Below, in pieces: positions 22,052-33,800 of a DNA stretch of 64,000 nucleotides (its first letter is position 1; each line of letters begins with the position of its first letter). The stretch spans positions 8,446 through 72,445 of the IMG/VR virus record IMGVR_UViG_3300017708_001182. One strand, 5' to 3'. The notes beneath the pieces were generated by a model. That model searched no databases and was not told the DNA's origin. It saw only the letters and a program-made list of their open reading frames with translations. Origin of the DNA: a virus. The position numbers and the translations under genes were made by a program.

Positions 22052-25000
22052 TAACCTTTACATTTTTTGATTAATATTTCTTTTATTTGTTCCTTAGACA
22101 AACCTTTATCCTCTAGCTCTTTTACATCAGCACTATCAAATTGATCTAAGTTAACATCCATTTCTGTTTTCACTATACCTTCAAGTTCTGATGAGTTGAC
22201 TTCTGATATACGTTTATTTATTAAATTCTCTAAATTATTAAGTTCGTCTTCAGCCTCACTAGTTTGCTGTGTTGGTTGAGATATAGTAAAAGACTTTTTA
22301 ACATCTCTCAACATTGCCTCAGTAGATTTTCGAAGACTTGGGCTCAACTCTGCTTCTAAATCATATTCATAATTTGCTACTGTATTTTCATATAACTCTA
22401 TAGTAGGATTAGGCGAATTAAATAATTCTTGTACTGCTGGCTCAAATTCAGTTATTGGAGTCTCAAGTTCTACTAAATTTCGCTTAATAGTTTTAACCTC
22501 ACTAGTTGGTTGTGTTGATTGAACATATAATTTTATGTTTGCTCCAGGTATAGCAATTTCGCCAGAATTATCTGTTCTTTCTAGTCTAGGTGAACCTGCT
22601 CCAGTTGTACCTTTTTTTCTAAGACCTCTAAAAATAAATTTAGTGTTGTTTTTATCATAAACAACATCTCCATCCTTTAATGTAGATTTATCCACAAGAA
22701 CTTTTTCAACCTCACTAGTTGATTGTTTTACTGGTTGTGTAGGAGCTTCTGGCTTAGCTACTTTTTCATAAGCTTCTTGTGCAGCCTTCTTTATCATACC
22801 AGGCTTTATACTATTTAACACAACTGCTTTTAGTTGGTCATCAGTAATGTTCTTGGACCTAAATTCAGCAAGGTTACCACCAGGTACTATTTCTATACTA
22901 TCTTTTGATATTTTACCATCTATGTCTTTAGCTTTAAATAATACTTTTTTTCCTGTTTGAGGAGATGTATATGTATTTACAGTATTACCATCAATAACAT
23001 ATCCTTCAGATTTTTTAAGTGGTATGTTTGAAGGCTGTGAACTTGGTTCTGGTATTTGAAAATCATCAGCTGTATTTTCATTAATGAAATATACACCTTC
23101 TCTATTAGGTTCACCCTCTAGTTTAGGTTTCATTAGTGTATATAACGGTAATTCAAAATCTTCTCTACCCTTACTTGATAATAAATAAGATTGATAGTTA
23201 GGCCAAACAACAGATTCTATATCACCCTCTGAAGATATAGATATTATTTGTTCAAACTTTTGATTGATGTCTAGCGTCTTAGCTCTATTAACATTGTTAA
23301 ACATGCCTTCTAGAGTATTTATAATTGCATCTTTGTTTAGTTCTAATGCTGATGGTGTAAACTTAAATGTAACACCTTGATTAGAAAGGCGTAACACAAG
23401 TTTACCATCTTTATCTTTTTCAAAGAATGCACTATTGTTACCTGCTTCATTAGCTGGTATACCCCAATAAGTTACACCTTTTAAGAATTCAAGAATTCGT
23501 AAAGAACTATTGCTGTTAATTCCTTCAGTAGATAATAAGTTTTTAGACAACTGTAATATAGAGTCATATATTGCAGATGCATCTTTAGATGTGTGTTGTC
23601 TATTCTTTAGCTTTACAAGTCCATTTTTTAATTCTAAAAATACAGAACCAAGAGCTGATGTATATTGAGTTGTTCCTTTAGATTGTGTGTTGTTAGTAGT
23701 AGGTATGCTTAGTAAAAGCTCAGTTTCTAAATCTGAGTCTGTAATAAGACCTGCATCTTTTACAGATGTTCTGGTAGAATATATTCTATTACCACTACTA
23801 TCTAACTCAAACTGGGGAACACCAAAAGATGCTGTTATATTAACAGGCACTCCTAAAGCTTCTTGAGTAAGTATACCGTCTCTAAACTTCTTATACTCTT
23901 TATTAATAAAGTCTTTTGTTTCTGAAGATGTACCTTCTCTAAACATTGTACCATTACTAAAACCTTCTTCTGGAATAGTTTGGAATATAGCACTATCTAG
24001 TAATGCTTTTTCTTCTGGAATAGGTTTACCATCTACACCTACAGGTAGTCCAGTTTCATCAACCATTACCATTACAATCATTGAATCTTTAAATTCATCA
24101 ATAAGTGCTTGATCATTATCTAATGCCAATTCTATTACACCTGGCAATATCTGATCTTGTGTTTTACTTGTTACGTAAACACCACGTATCTTATCTCTGT
24201 TATCAAAAGAGTCTAAATCTAATCCAAACTGATTAGCTCTAATTTCATCAGGCTTCATCTCTTCACCACCTCTAGTGTCTCTAAATGTTGTAGATCTAGG
24301 AAGAACATCTAATGATTTTTTTGATTCAGGTTCGTATGAATTATCTGATGAATATGTAGGTATACCTTTATCAGCTGTAGACATCACTGCATTAAGGTTT
24401 TTTTGTTGTTCTTCTTCTTCAACCTTCTGAGCATTGTACTCATCTATAATAGATTGAAATCTATCTACAATAACCTTTCTAGCTTTGTACTCAGATGTTA
24501 AATTAACTAAGTCCGATTCAAGTTGTCTAGTGTTATTTATAGCCTCAAGTAAACCATCTTCATTTACATTAGTGTCTGCAGATAAATCATTTGTTAGGGC
24601 AAAGTTAGCTAGCTCTTGTTTTAACAGTGGCCATACCTCTTCTATATTTTCACCAGTAACAGCTGCATCTAATAATTCATTAAGGTATTGTGAGTAGTCT
24701 TGGTCTACAATGTACGAACTCTTAATAGCACTTCTAAGCAACTTAACTGCTGACTTAATAGTTTTCTCTGCAGACTTAGAAAGCTTCTTAGCTGCCCTTA
24801 TAGAGTTTTTTAGATTTTTACTACTATCAAGTAATAGAGCAACTTGATTTTTTAATTCTTTTAAAAACTCCCCACTGTCTTCAGGAAGGTCAGTTATTTG
24901 ATCTGCAAAATCTGAAAAGTATGAAATATTAAATTGAAGCTCTTCTTTCTCTAGCTCAGCATTATTTATCACTTCAGTGAGATCAGCCTGCATAGACGTT

Positions 25001-28000
25001 AAATTATTTAAAGCTCTGGTAAATGATCTAGTAGCTTTAGAAAAGTTAAGCTTAATCTTTTTTCCAGTCTCTTTCATCTTCTGGATGTTTGCAAGATCTT
25101 CTTTAACTTTAGCTAGTTTTTCTCTAGCTTTACTAATAACCTTATTAACCTCATCAAGGTTTTCTTTTGACTCCTCACCCAATTGAGCTAATGTCTCTAA
25201 GCGAGATTCTCTATTGTTTTTAAGTGTAAGTTTCTCTTTAGCAAGTTCTTCTGTAGATAAAAACAGTTCTTTAGATGTCTTCTGATTTTCATTTTCTACA
25301 CTTCCAATCTTAATAATTCTAGCTTGATCAAAACCTTTTTTAGCAACAAAGTGAGTACGGTTAAGCTCTTTTTTTGCCACCTTACCTTTTGGTGTTAGGT
25401 ATACAAAATATAATTTATCATTTTGATACTCAAGTCTACCTGGTCGTTTACCACCAAAGGGTTTACCAAAGTTGTATTCAAAGATTTCGTTTCTATGATT
25501 GTAGTAATAGTTGGCTGTGCTGTTAGCTTGTAAAGTGGACGCTTTACCTACACTAAGATTTTCAAACTCTTCAGTAGAAATATCTGACTCTTTACCTGTA
25601 TCAAGGTTCTTTATCTTAAGTGTTCCATTTTCATTTACACCTAATACACTAAATCTAGATATAGGTACAGTAGAATTTAATGGTTGCTTAGAATAATCTG
25701 CACCCTTTCCAGCAAAGTATTCAGTATTTAACTCTATGTCCTTTTGCCCTTTTTTAGTTTTTACACTAACTGTTTCAGTAGGTCCGCTAGGAGTTGTTGC
25801 ATCTTCTGGTCTATATAATATATATTTACTAGGATTGTCTTTTATATCTTGATATGCTTTTACAAAAGATTTTCTAGCTAATGACATTTCTGATATGTCA
25901 TCTAGCAATTGACCAAGCTCCTCTTTCTCAACATCAATAATATCCATTTCCTGAATATCAAGAGCAGCATTATTAAATGCATCTATGTTACCCTGAGCAA
26001 GTCCATCTAAAACTTCAGAGATATTTATTCCAGCAGCAGTTAACTTAGGCATCATCTCTAATAGTCTGCTATCAAAGTCTGCAACTTTACTAGCTGCATA
26101 TATCATTTGATTCATCACGTCTGGACCATATTTTAAAAGCTTCTTGCCATCCTTATTTAAAATAGGATTACCTTCATCATCTTTTAATATTTCACTTCCG
26201 TAACGTAAGTTAAGTGATTGGTATAATGACTTTACATCATCTGCAGTTTTTTCAAATTTACTAAGTCTATTTAGATATGCTTCTCTTGTATCTGATTCAA
26301 GAGCTTTACCTTCAGCTTGCAGTTGAGCAAAGCCTTCTTCTGTACTAGCAAGTGTTTTATATTGATTAATGTCAGCTTTTACTAAATCATATCTGCCATA
26401 TTTAATTCTAGGTGTAAGATAGTTGATAATGTAATCAGCTTCTGTATTTTTACTTCCTATAACATCACCATTCTTAATCTGCTCCTCTCTTTCCTTTTGT
26501 AAAACAGTTCCTCTGTTTACAGCATCAATAGTTTCCTTTGTGAAATCTGATAAATTAGCGTTATTAAGAGCATCAATTGCTTGAGCTGTATTTTTCTTTC
26601 TAGCTCTGTCTTGTCTAAACCTACCTCTTGCTAACATTATAGATCCAGAAATTCCACCAATAAGTGCATTCTTACCACCCTCATTACTAAAAGCACCCTC
26701 TGTAAGACCAACACCAATAGAGTTTATCCAACTTGTAGCTTCACCATTTAAAGCCTTTTTATAATAATCTTTTGTAGTCACTGTAGCAGTGTATTGAGCT
26801 AGTTCTTCAAAAGACTCTGATATAGAGAATGTGTATGGTCTTATTTTATTTAATCTAGATAGGAATGGGTATTTTACTTTAGGTGTTATATACTTACCAC
26901 CCTCATAAGCAATATCATCTATCTCTCTAACAAGTTGATTGGCTATTCCTTTCTCTGCTTTATATCCACTACCTAATATCTTTGGAAACTGAATATAGTT
27001 AGTAGCTGATAAGACTGCTACGTTAGCAAAGAATGTAGCATTTCCTGATCCTTCTGTAGCATCATTAATAGCTTTAAGTGCTTCACCTGTTGGAACTACA
27101 CCAAATTCTGCTACGTGTGCATCCACAAGCTCTTTTCTAAACTCATTACTACTGTGTAAAGCTTCTATTCCTGCTTCACCGCTTGTTGCTAAACCTGCAA
27201 CAGTTATCCTACCTCCTTGATTTAATGCATTGTAATTAGAGAGAAACTTATCAGATAATGATCTCACCTTACCATATGTGTCAGATACTTTAGATGCTCC
27301 TGCTAAACCTGCTTCTGTAGCAGCAAGTGTTTCTGCTCCTTTACCAACAGAAAATAATCTTGAAGCATACGGAATACTTGATAATGCTTTTGTATATGCA
27401 CCTCCTGATAGAGCAGCACCAGCAGCAAACCCTAAGTTCTTTACAACACCATCCCACAAGAAGTTACCTGTAAACCAGTATTTAGGAGAATACCAATTAG
27501 CATCTCTTTCTGAAGCTGTATAGTAGTTTGGTAATGCATCTTCTGCATATTTATTTATTTCATCTAAAGATCTGTTAAACTCATTATCGTAGAATGAAGA
27601 AAACTTACCATCTGCAATTGCTTTAACAGTTCCATTAACAAGACCTATTGTTGATTGTAAGAATGTTGTACCTGTAAGTAACAATCCTTTACTAACACCA
27701 TTTACCATTTTAGAACCAAAACTTTGACTTTGTGCAGCAGCATCTTCGTTATCAAAGTTTCCTGGCATGAAGTAATCATATCTACCTTTTTCATTACCAG
27801 CATATTCATCAAGTGTTCTTATCTTAGCACCTTTGCCAGAATCACGACCAGCACTAGCAGACTTTATAAGATCAGCAAGAGCTGAACTAGTCTGACTACT
27901 TCCACCACCTATACTAGTAAAAGGATTTACATAAGGTCTATTTGGAAGAGGAGATCCATCAACAGGTCCAGTTCTATAGCCTCCAAATCTCTGTTGCATG

Positions 28001-28098
28001 AATTGTTCATTCAACAAAGGGTTGGGAGAAGATAACTGAGTTGGAGGAGGGATGACAGTCTTTCCACTCTGTGCTTTTGGTAAATTCTCTTTAGACAT
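22051..28098 (-). CDS. Giant ejected cargo protein upstream of the vRNAP
   Basis: 2015 aa. Gly/Ala-rich hydrophobic N-terminal region, central coiled coil, modular C-terminus ending KKCKG. Position matches the crAss-like large cargo genes. Confidence 0.7.
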   Translation of the reverse strand: MSKENLPKAQSGKTVIPPPTQLSSPNPLLNEQFMQQRFGGYRTGPVDGSPLPNRPYVNPFTSIGGGSSQTSSALADLIKSASAGRDSGKGAKIRTLDEYAGNEKGRYDYFMPGNFDNEDAAAQSQSFGSKMVNGVSKGLLLTGTTFLQSTIGLVNGTVKAIADGKFSSFYDNEFNRSLDEINKYAEDALPNYYTASERDANWYSPKYWFTGNFLWDGVVKNLGFAAGAALSGGAYTKALSSIPYASRLFSVGKGAETLAATEAGLAGASKVSDTYGKVRSLSDKFLSNYNALNQGGRITVAGLATSGEAGIEALHSSNEFRKELVDAHVAEFGVVPTGEALKAINDATEGSGNATFFANVAVLSATNYIQFPKILGSGYKAEKGIANQLVREIDDIAYEGGKYITPKVKYPFLSRLNKIRPYTFSISESFEELAQYTATVTTKDYYKKALNGEATSWINSIGVGLTEGAFSNEGGKNALIGGISGSIMLARGRFRQDRARKKNTAQAIDALNNANLSDFTKETIDAVNRGTVLQKEREEQIKNGDVIGSKNTEADYIINYLTPRIKYGRYDLVKADINQYKTLASTEEGFAQLQAEGKALESDTREAYLNRLSKFEKTADDVKSLYQSLNLRYGSEILKDDEGNPILNKDGKKLLKYGPDVMNQMIYAASKVADFDSRLLEMMPKLTAAGINISEVLDGLAQGNIDAFNNAALDIQEMDIIDVEKEELGQLLDDISEMSLARKSFVKAYQDIKDNPSKYILYRPEDATTPSGPTETVSVKTKKGQKDIELNTEYFAGKGADYSKQPLNSTVPISRFSVLGVNENGTLKIKNLDTGKESDISTEEFENLSVGKASTLQANSTANYYYNHRNEIFEYNFGKPFGGKRPGRLEYQNDKLYFVYLTPKGKVAKKELNRTHFVAKKGFDQARIIKIGSVENENQKTSKELFLSTEELAKEKLTLKNNRESRLETLAQLGEESKENLDEVNKVISKAREKLAKVKEDLANIQKMKETGKKIKLNFSKATRSFTRALNNLTSMQADLTEVINNAELEKEELQFNISYFSDFADQITDLPEDSGEFLKELKNQVALLLDSSKNLKNSIRAAKKLSKSAEKTIKSAVKLLRSAIKSSYIVDQDYSQYLNELLDAAVTGENIEEVWPLLKQELANFALTNDLSADTNVNEDGLLEAINNTRQLESDLVNLTSEYKARKVIVDRFQSIIDEYNAQKVEEEEQQKNLNAVMSTADKGIPTYSSDNSYEPESKKSLDVLPRSTTFRDTRGGEEMKPDEIRANQFGLDLDSFDNRDKIRGVYVTSKTQDQILPGVIELALDNDQALIDEFKDSMIVMVMVDETGLPVGVDGKPIPEEKALLDSAIFQTIPEEGFSNGTMFREGTSSETKDFINKEYKKFRDGILTQEALGVPVNITASFGVPQFELDSSGNRIYSTRTSVKDAGLITDSDLETELLLSIPTTNNTQSKGTTQYTSALGSVFLELKNGLVKLKNRQHTSKDASAIYDSILQLSKNLLSTEGINSNSSLRILEFLKGVTYWGIPANEAGNNSAFFEKDKDGKLVLRLSNQGVTFKFTPSALELNKDAIINTLEGMFNNVNRAKTLDINQKFEQIISISSEGDIESVVWPNYQSYLLSSKGREDFELPLYTLMKPKLEGEPNREGVYFINENTADDFQIPEPSSQPSNIPLKKSEGYVIDGNTVNTYTSPQTGKKVLFKAKDIDGKISKDSIEIVPGGNLAEFRSKNITDDQLKAVVLNSIKPGMIKKAAQEAYEKVAKPEAPTQPVKQSTSEVEKVLVDKSTLKDGDVVYDKNNTKFIFRGLRKKGTTGAGSPRLERTDNSGEIAIPGANIKLYVQSTQPTSEVKTIKRNLVELETPITEFEPAVQELFNSPNPTIELYENTVANYEYDLEAELSPSLRKSTEAMLRDVKKSFTISQPTQQTSEAEDELNNLENLINKRISEVNSSELEGIVKTEMDVNLDQFDSADVKELEDKGLSKEQIKEILIKKCKG

Positions 28099-28099
28099 A

Positions 28100-30775
28100 C
28101 TAGTTTTGTTTAGGAGCTTTTGCAGCTTCTTCTAATTCTATTAAAAATTCTTTAGGCATTTTTTTCTGAGTTTCATTTAATAATTGCCATATTGCTTCAT
28201 CAGTAAAATTCTCTAATGTTGGTACAAGGTCAGCTTTATTAAAGACAGCAGGAAATAATTGATTTTGTATTAGTGTGTTATTTACTGGATCGTATATATT
28301 AATTTTAAGTTTGAACTGATCAGATTCTTTAGGATTACCATCACTTATAATATTACCACTAATAGAATAGTGCTGAACATTAGGAAAGTCAACTGGTCCA
28401 TGTAAAAATGAATTAAATAGTGTAGTCTCATATTCTCCATCTTTAGCAGTTGTGTAGAATGATTGTGGTTGCTTTTGAAAAACGTCTCTACCTTGTCCAT
28501 CTTGTACCACTTCTAAGTCCGTTGGAGTAGACAGCATTTTAGGAAGATATCTTTCATTAAAACTTGATACACTCGGACTAGCTTCAAACCTGTCTCCAAA
28601 TGCTTCATAGTATTGATCTTCACCTATTGGAATTGAAAGAGATGATCCATCAGTTTTTCCAACAATAATATTATAATTACCATCAGAATTTGTAGTCACC
28701 ATTGCACTCTGTAATTCAGATGCAGCTGTCATTATATCGCTAGATGCCACATTTGAACCTGTTCCAAGACCTCCAGTTCTTTCAGCTATTATAGCTAAAG
28801 AATTAAGAACAGGTCTAAACTGATCTTTTTGTTTTGCATCCTCAAGAGGAACTCTATAACCTACCTCTTGACCAATTTTATAATTTTTCTGATAGTAATC
28901 TTTAAGATACTCTTGCTTCTTTTCATCAATTAGCTTTGTCTCTTTGTTTAAAATATATTGTATTTCATTAATAGTTCTTCGTGTATTCTCAGGTATTTGA
29001 TCCCTTAGTTCTTTACTACCTTTTGAAGCAGCCCACATTTCATACAGTCCATATTCCTCATCTGATAACTTGCCACTCTGATAGTCTGCATATGCCTGAT
29101 CTTCTGATAAAGTATATCCTACAGAACCTCCTCCAGTAGAACCAGTAGTTGGAGAAGTATAAGTGGTACTACTTGGCCCTGTTTTAAGATAGTTTCTCGT
29201 AAAGTCTCTAAACATTAAGTTTGCCTCAGCAACATTAAAACCATTAAAATCTAAATTTTTATACTCTTCAGGAAGATTATTATATAACTCTCTGTCAAAT
29301 ATTTCATCAGCTTCATTATTAGCTCTAGTGATTAAGTCATTCTGTACTTCTAATCTATCTCTTGATTTAATAAATTGATTTAAATCCTGTTTTTCATCCC
29401 AGCTTACAGAGGCTGGATATTTTTCATATCTTTCAACCAATTGATTAAATTGAGAATCACTCAGCTCCTCACCATTTACTTTATACTTTGCTTTGAAATT
29501 GTTTCTTAATTGTTGTTCTATATTTTTTTCTTTATCTCTAGAAGCCTCCATTGAAGCAATAACATCTTTTGGTGTAGAATTTTTATCTGTAGGTATTGAA
29601 ATTGGCCCATAAGGATCTTGCATGAGCTTAAGTTTCTTTCTTTCTATCTCTAATCTATCCTCATTATATTTTGCTTGTTGTTGTAACTTAGCACTTGCAA
29701 TACTTGCATCTTGCCTAAGTTTATCTCTCTGAAATTGTCTTTGAGCAAATGGATTGGTGTGATAAGACTTGATAGTGCTTTGAGTTGCATATGCATTAGA
29801 TGTATCCTCAAGCCAATTCATTGTATATAGTTGTGCCTGAGATCCTTGAACATCTCCACTTTCAAACCCACTAGATAAAGAACTGTATTCAGACTTAAGA
29901 GCTTCACTAGCATCGTCTATCTGACTTATTTGCTGCTGTAATCTTTGTTTTTCTTTAGGGCTTGAAGCAGAAGATTGAAGAGCTAAAAGCCTATCTCTTT
30001 CACTAGAATATTGACTAAATGTATTCTGATAACTTGAGTTCAAATCCTGTACATATTGATTAGATGATGTATTAGAATATTTATATAACCCATCTGTTTG
30101 CATTTGACGATAGTCATCTGGAGACAGTCCTTGTTTTAAAGCTGTTTGTATTCTTTCTTTACTTACTCCTTCAATTCTAACTCTTGTCATAGCATCTACT
30201 AGTTGACCTTTTTCATTAAAGGCAACATCATATCCTGTAACTTTTTTACCTAGTGCTTTTACAATATCTCTAGCAGCTTTATTATAATCCTTATATGGAC
30301 GATATGTAGCATTGAATTGAGTTTTAAGATCATCACTGTTTAACCATTTATTAGCTTGTTGGTTAAACAACCAATCATTTGAATCAGATCCTTTACCTTC
30401 TGATATAAGCTTATCTTTACTTTCTAATGCTTTTCTATATCTCGCAGCTGATGACACTGCATTTATAACAGTAGGATCTTTGGCTATCTGATTAGTCATT
30501 CCATTTACAGAATTGACAAGTTGGAAATTAGAAAAATCTCCACCTGCTACAGATGATAACTGTCCACCTAGTTGATTGAGTTTTGATTGCAAGTATTGTT
30601 TATCAACTTCTCTAACAACATCAAGACCAGCAATATTATCTATGCTCTCCTGTATTTTCTTTACCCCTTCATCATAGCGCTCCTGCTTATATACACCAAC
30701 TTTCATCATTGCCTCTACAGGCTCTTGTTGTATATAAGGGTTGAACGTAGGGATTATATCTTTATACGATGCCAT
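28100..30775 (-). CDS. Internal virion (cargo) protein, helical/coiled-coil
   Basis: 891 aa. N-terminal FNPYIQQEPVEAMMKVG..KQERYDEG region is typical of the crAss-like gene that precedes the giant cargo genes (recalled, not searched). Confidence 0.6.
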   Translation of the reverse strand: MASYKDIIPTFNPYIQQEPVEAMMKVGVYKQERYDEGVKKIQESIDNIAGLDVVREVDKQYLQSKLNQLGGQLSSVAGGDFSNFQLVNSVNGMTNQIAKDPTVINAVSSAARYRKALESKDKLISEGKGSDSNDWLFNQQANKWLNSDDLKTQFNATYRPYKDYNKAARDIVKALGKKVTGYDVAFNEKGQLVDAMTRVRIEGVSKERIQTALKQGLSPDDYRQMQTDGLYKYSNTSSNQYVQDLNSSYQNTFSQYSSERDRLLALQSSASSPKEKQRLQQQISQIDDASEALKSEYSSLSSGFESGDVQGSQAQLYTMNWLEDTSNAYATQSTIKSYHTNPFAQRQFQRDKLRQDASIASAKLQQQAKYNEDRLEIERKKLKLMQDPYGPISIPTDKNSTPKDVIASMEASRDKEKNIEQQLRNNFKAKYKVNGEELSDSQFNQLVERYEKYPASVSWDEKQDLNQFIKSRDRLEVQNDLITRANNEADEIFDRELYNNLPEEYKNLDFNGFNVAEANLMFRDFTRNYLKTGPSSTTYTSPTTGSTGGGSVGYTLSEDQAYADYQSGKLSDEEYGLYEMWAASKGSKELRDQIPENTRRTINEIQYILNKETKLIDEKKQEYLKDYYQKNYKIGQEVGYRVPLEDAKQKDQFRPVLNSLAIIAERTGGLGTGSNVASSDIMTAASELQSAMVTTNSDGNYNIIVGKTDGSSLSIPIGEDQYYEAFGDRFEASPSVSSFNERYLPKMLSTPTDLEVVQDGQGRDVFQKQPQSFYTTAKDGEYETTLFNSFLHGPVDFPNVQHYSISGNIISDGNPKESDQFKLKINIYDPVNNTLIQNQLFPAVFNKADLVPTLENFTDEAIWQLLNETQKKMPKEFLIELEEAAKAPKQN

Positions 30776-30782
30776 AATTTAA

Positions 30783-30813
30783 CAAATGTAATGTGATTAA
30801 TTTTATTATCCAA
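30783..30813 (-). promoter_or_regulatory. Bacteroidota-type sigma-A promoter upstream of the giant cargo/vRNAP operon
   Basis: Minus strand reads TTG - 20 nt - TACATTTG, then 7 nt to the ATG of 28100-30775. Confidence 0.6.
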
Positions 30814-30840
30814 GAATGGCTAACAGGTTTTAGTAATGTT

Positions 30841-30861
30841 TTATAATCAATTTAATTATAA
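30841..30861. promoter_or_regulatory. Conserved 21-bp upstream motif, copy A (TTATAATCAATTTAATTATAA)
   Basis: 20/21 identical to the copy at 49385-49405. Palindromic TTATAA ends with a 9-nt spacer, about 27 nt upstream of the -33 element. Confidence 0.6.
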
Positions 30862-33800
30862 ACCTCTTAGCTTTTTTAGGATGTTACTATTCTTATGATT
30901 TTTTTTAACTGTCTTTCCTCTCTTAGCATATGCTCCTTCTTGTTCTTGCATAGGTACATAGTCATAGATATCCTCTGTATTGATTCCTCTATTTAAAGCT
31001 CTATCAATCTTTCTATATTTAATATCAGGATTGAGTCCTTGCTCTTCCATTTTCCTTCTTTGCTCTTCTTGATATTGTTGTTGCTGTTGTATAATTCCTT
31101 GAAGTCCTCCAATCACTCCTGGAACTTGTTGTAAGTTTGGATTAAATCCTGGAGTTGAAAGTCCTGGTATACCTGATACAGTTCCACCTGGAAGACTAAA
31201 TCTAGCAGATTGTTGAACTCTAGCTCTATAGTCATCATCAAAAGCATAGGTTGGATAAAGATTTGCAAACACTTGTTTTAATCTACCCTCTAATTGTTTT
31301 TGTTGATACTTACTAGAAATAGAATTAAGAGCAGCAATTGTAGTAGCTTTTGTTTTAGCTACAGCCTCATCTTGTCTATCTTGTTGTTGATCATATATAC
31401 CTAAGTTAGTTAAGCGTGCTCTATTAAGAGTATCTAAGTTTTCTGAATATACTTGATTTTTAAACGATTGATTCTGTCTAAACTCTTCAGCATTGATTTG
31501 ATTTAATGCTTGATATGTAGGAGCTTGTGCAAGAGCAAGAGCAGCAGGGTTACCTTGCAGCGTAGCATTTCTTTGTAAAGCTCTACTCTGTGAAATTACA
31601 TCATTCTTCATATCCTGCAAAGAGATATCATAAGGAACTCTTAAGTTCGGTTGATATGTCTGAGCATATACTGGAGCTAATGTATTAGAAGATAATGCAG
31701 CATATTCTCCAAGTAGTTGATTAGGATCAAGTCCTTTAGTATCTACTGATGGGGGAAGAACTGGAAAAGGTATTCTATTTGGAGAAACTGTTGTAGTTTC
31801 TGTAACAGTAGGTTCTTCTTTAATTTTTGCCACCTCTACTTTAGGTTCTTCTCCTGGAGCAGCTGGAGTAAATCTAGCACTAGATGTTTGTTCTCCAAAG
31901 TCACCATCCACTGTTATTCTTTTATCTGAACCAGCTTCTTTAGCTTTCTTGTTAAATTCTTTTTGATAGCGTCTAACATCAGCATCCTTTGTAGGGTCAA
32001 AGTTTTCCCAATCAAACCAAGGGTTAGCTTTTTTTGCTGCTTCATATTCTTTTTGTGTAACGTTACCATATAGTCCAGTATCTTTATTTCTACCTTGACC
32101 TGGGCGAACCTCATCTAACGCATCAGTTTCTGAATCAATTGGGTCAACAGTTTCTCCAGTTGACTTTTCATATTCTCCTGTTTCTTCATTAAGTACAAAT
32201 CCTGCAGCAATAGCTTCTTCAACAGTCATTCCTACATCATCTCCCCCTAGTTGTGTGTTAAAATTACCATTAGTTGTAGTTTCTGTAACAGTGGCACCCT
32301 CTTCAGCCATATTATTCATAGCTCTTTCTGGATCTTTAACAATTTTATTCTTACTAATAAACTCATTACCTTTTATTTCAAGCTCATCAAACGTTTCATT
32401 CAATGCACTTTGTAGATCAGCTAAGATGTTTTTCTTCTCAGCAATGTTTTTTAATTTCATATCAGATCCTTTAAGTATAACATCAGCTGTAGATCTTTCT
32501 AATTGACCAAATACAGTGTTGTCTGATTCTAGTCCTAGGTCAGCAGCTTTCTCCATTTTCTTATTAATTTTAGCTTCATCTTTATTAAGAACGTCACTAA
32601 CATATTTTTTAAACTTCTTACCCTTAGCTCTATCATCACCAATCTCTTCTAAGTATTCTTCTGGTATTTTAAGATCACCATACACAACTAAGTTCTCAGC
32701 GCCTCCACCATCTTTTAGTTGCTGTGCTGGTTCATTCTCTACCTCTACAACAGCTTCATTGTTAGCAACAGACTCTTCTCCATATGCAACACCTATTCCT
32801 GTTTGTCCTGTTTTAGGATCACGATAGTCATGTGAGTTTCCTTTAAACTGAATACTCTCACCACCTGCGTATGGGTTGTAAGATACTGTTTCAGCTTTAC
32901 CACCCCACAGTGTTTTAAGCTCTCCACCCATTTTCATTGTGTCTAACATAGATGGATTACTAGGTATGTTTCCACCCTGCTCCATATGAGAGGCATATCC
33001 AGCTTGTATTGCTGGAGCGATAGCTGTGTAAGAAAGTTCTTTTTGAGCTCGTTCAGCTCTTTCATTTTCTTTTCTAGTTCGCCTATCATCTCTGTCTAAT
33101 AAGTCACCAATACCACTTCCAATAAAACTACCTACAGCAGATCCTATAGGACCAAATGCAGAACCAATAGTTCCACCTATTGTGCCACCAATATTAGATC
33201 CAGCATCAGTCCCTTCATATAGTCCAATCATTTGACCGAATTGTTTACCTGCACCACCCATACTACCTCCACCATAAGAAACATTAGCCATGTCAAATCC
33301 ACCTTGTGCTTTAGGTACTAAATAAGAATTACTTCCTAGTACACCACCTTGCTTAAATGATTTTTGTTGATTAGGATTAACAAGAGGTACATATCCAGGG
33401 TCACTAAACATTCCACCATTTTTGAGAACATTAGTTCCTACACCATAAATAGGAAAGAATTCTTCTCCTGTGTTCTGAACATCTTCAGGACGTACGTATT
33501 CACGTTCTATTTTTTCTGGTTCTGATTTAGCTGCATCAAGTGTAAGCTCGGTTAACATTCTGTTTTGTTTAGCTCTAGCTAATGTTTCTTTTTGTGCTTT
33601 GAGTTGTTTACCAATAGATATCACATCGCTAACAATAGGAATTCCAAAATCTTGAACAGCTCTAGAGTTGTATATTCTACCAGCTCCTTGTAAAAATGAT
33701 TCAGCACTTCCGTCAGGATTGTATCTACCCATTCTAGATGGTCCAGAATCTCCTAAGTCAAAATCAAACTGAGGAGTGGCTGCACCTCCTTGAGCTTTTG

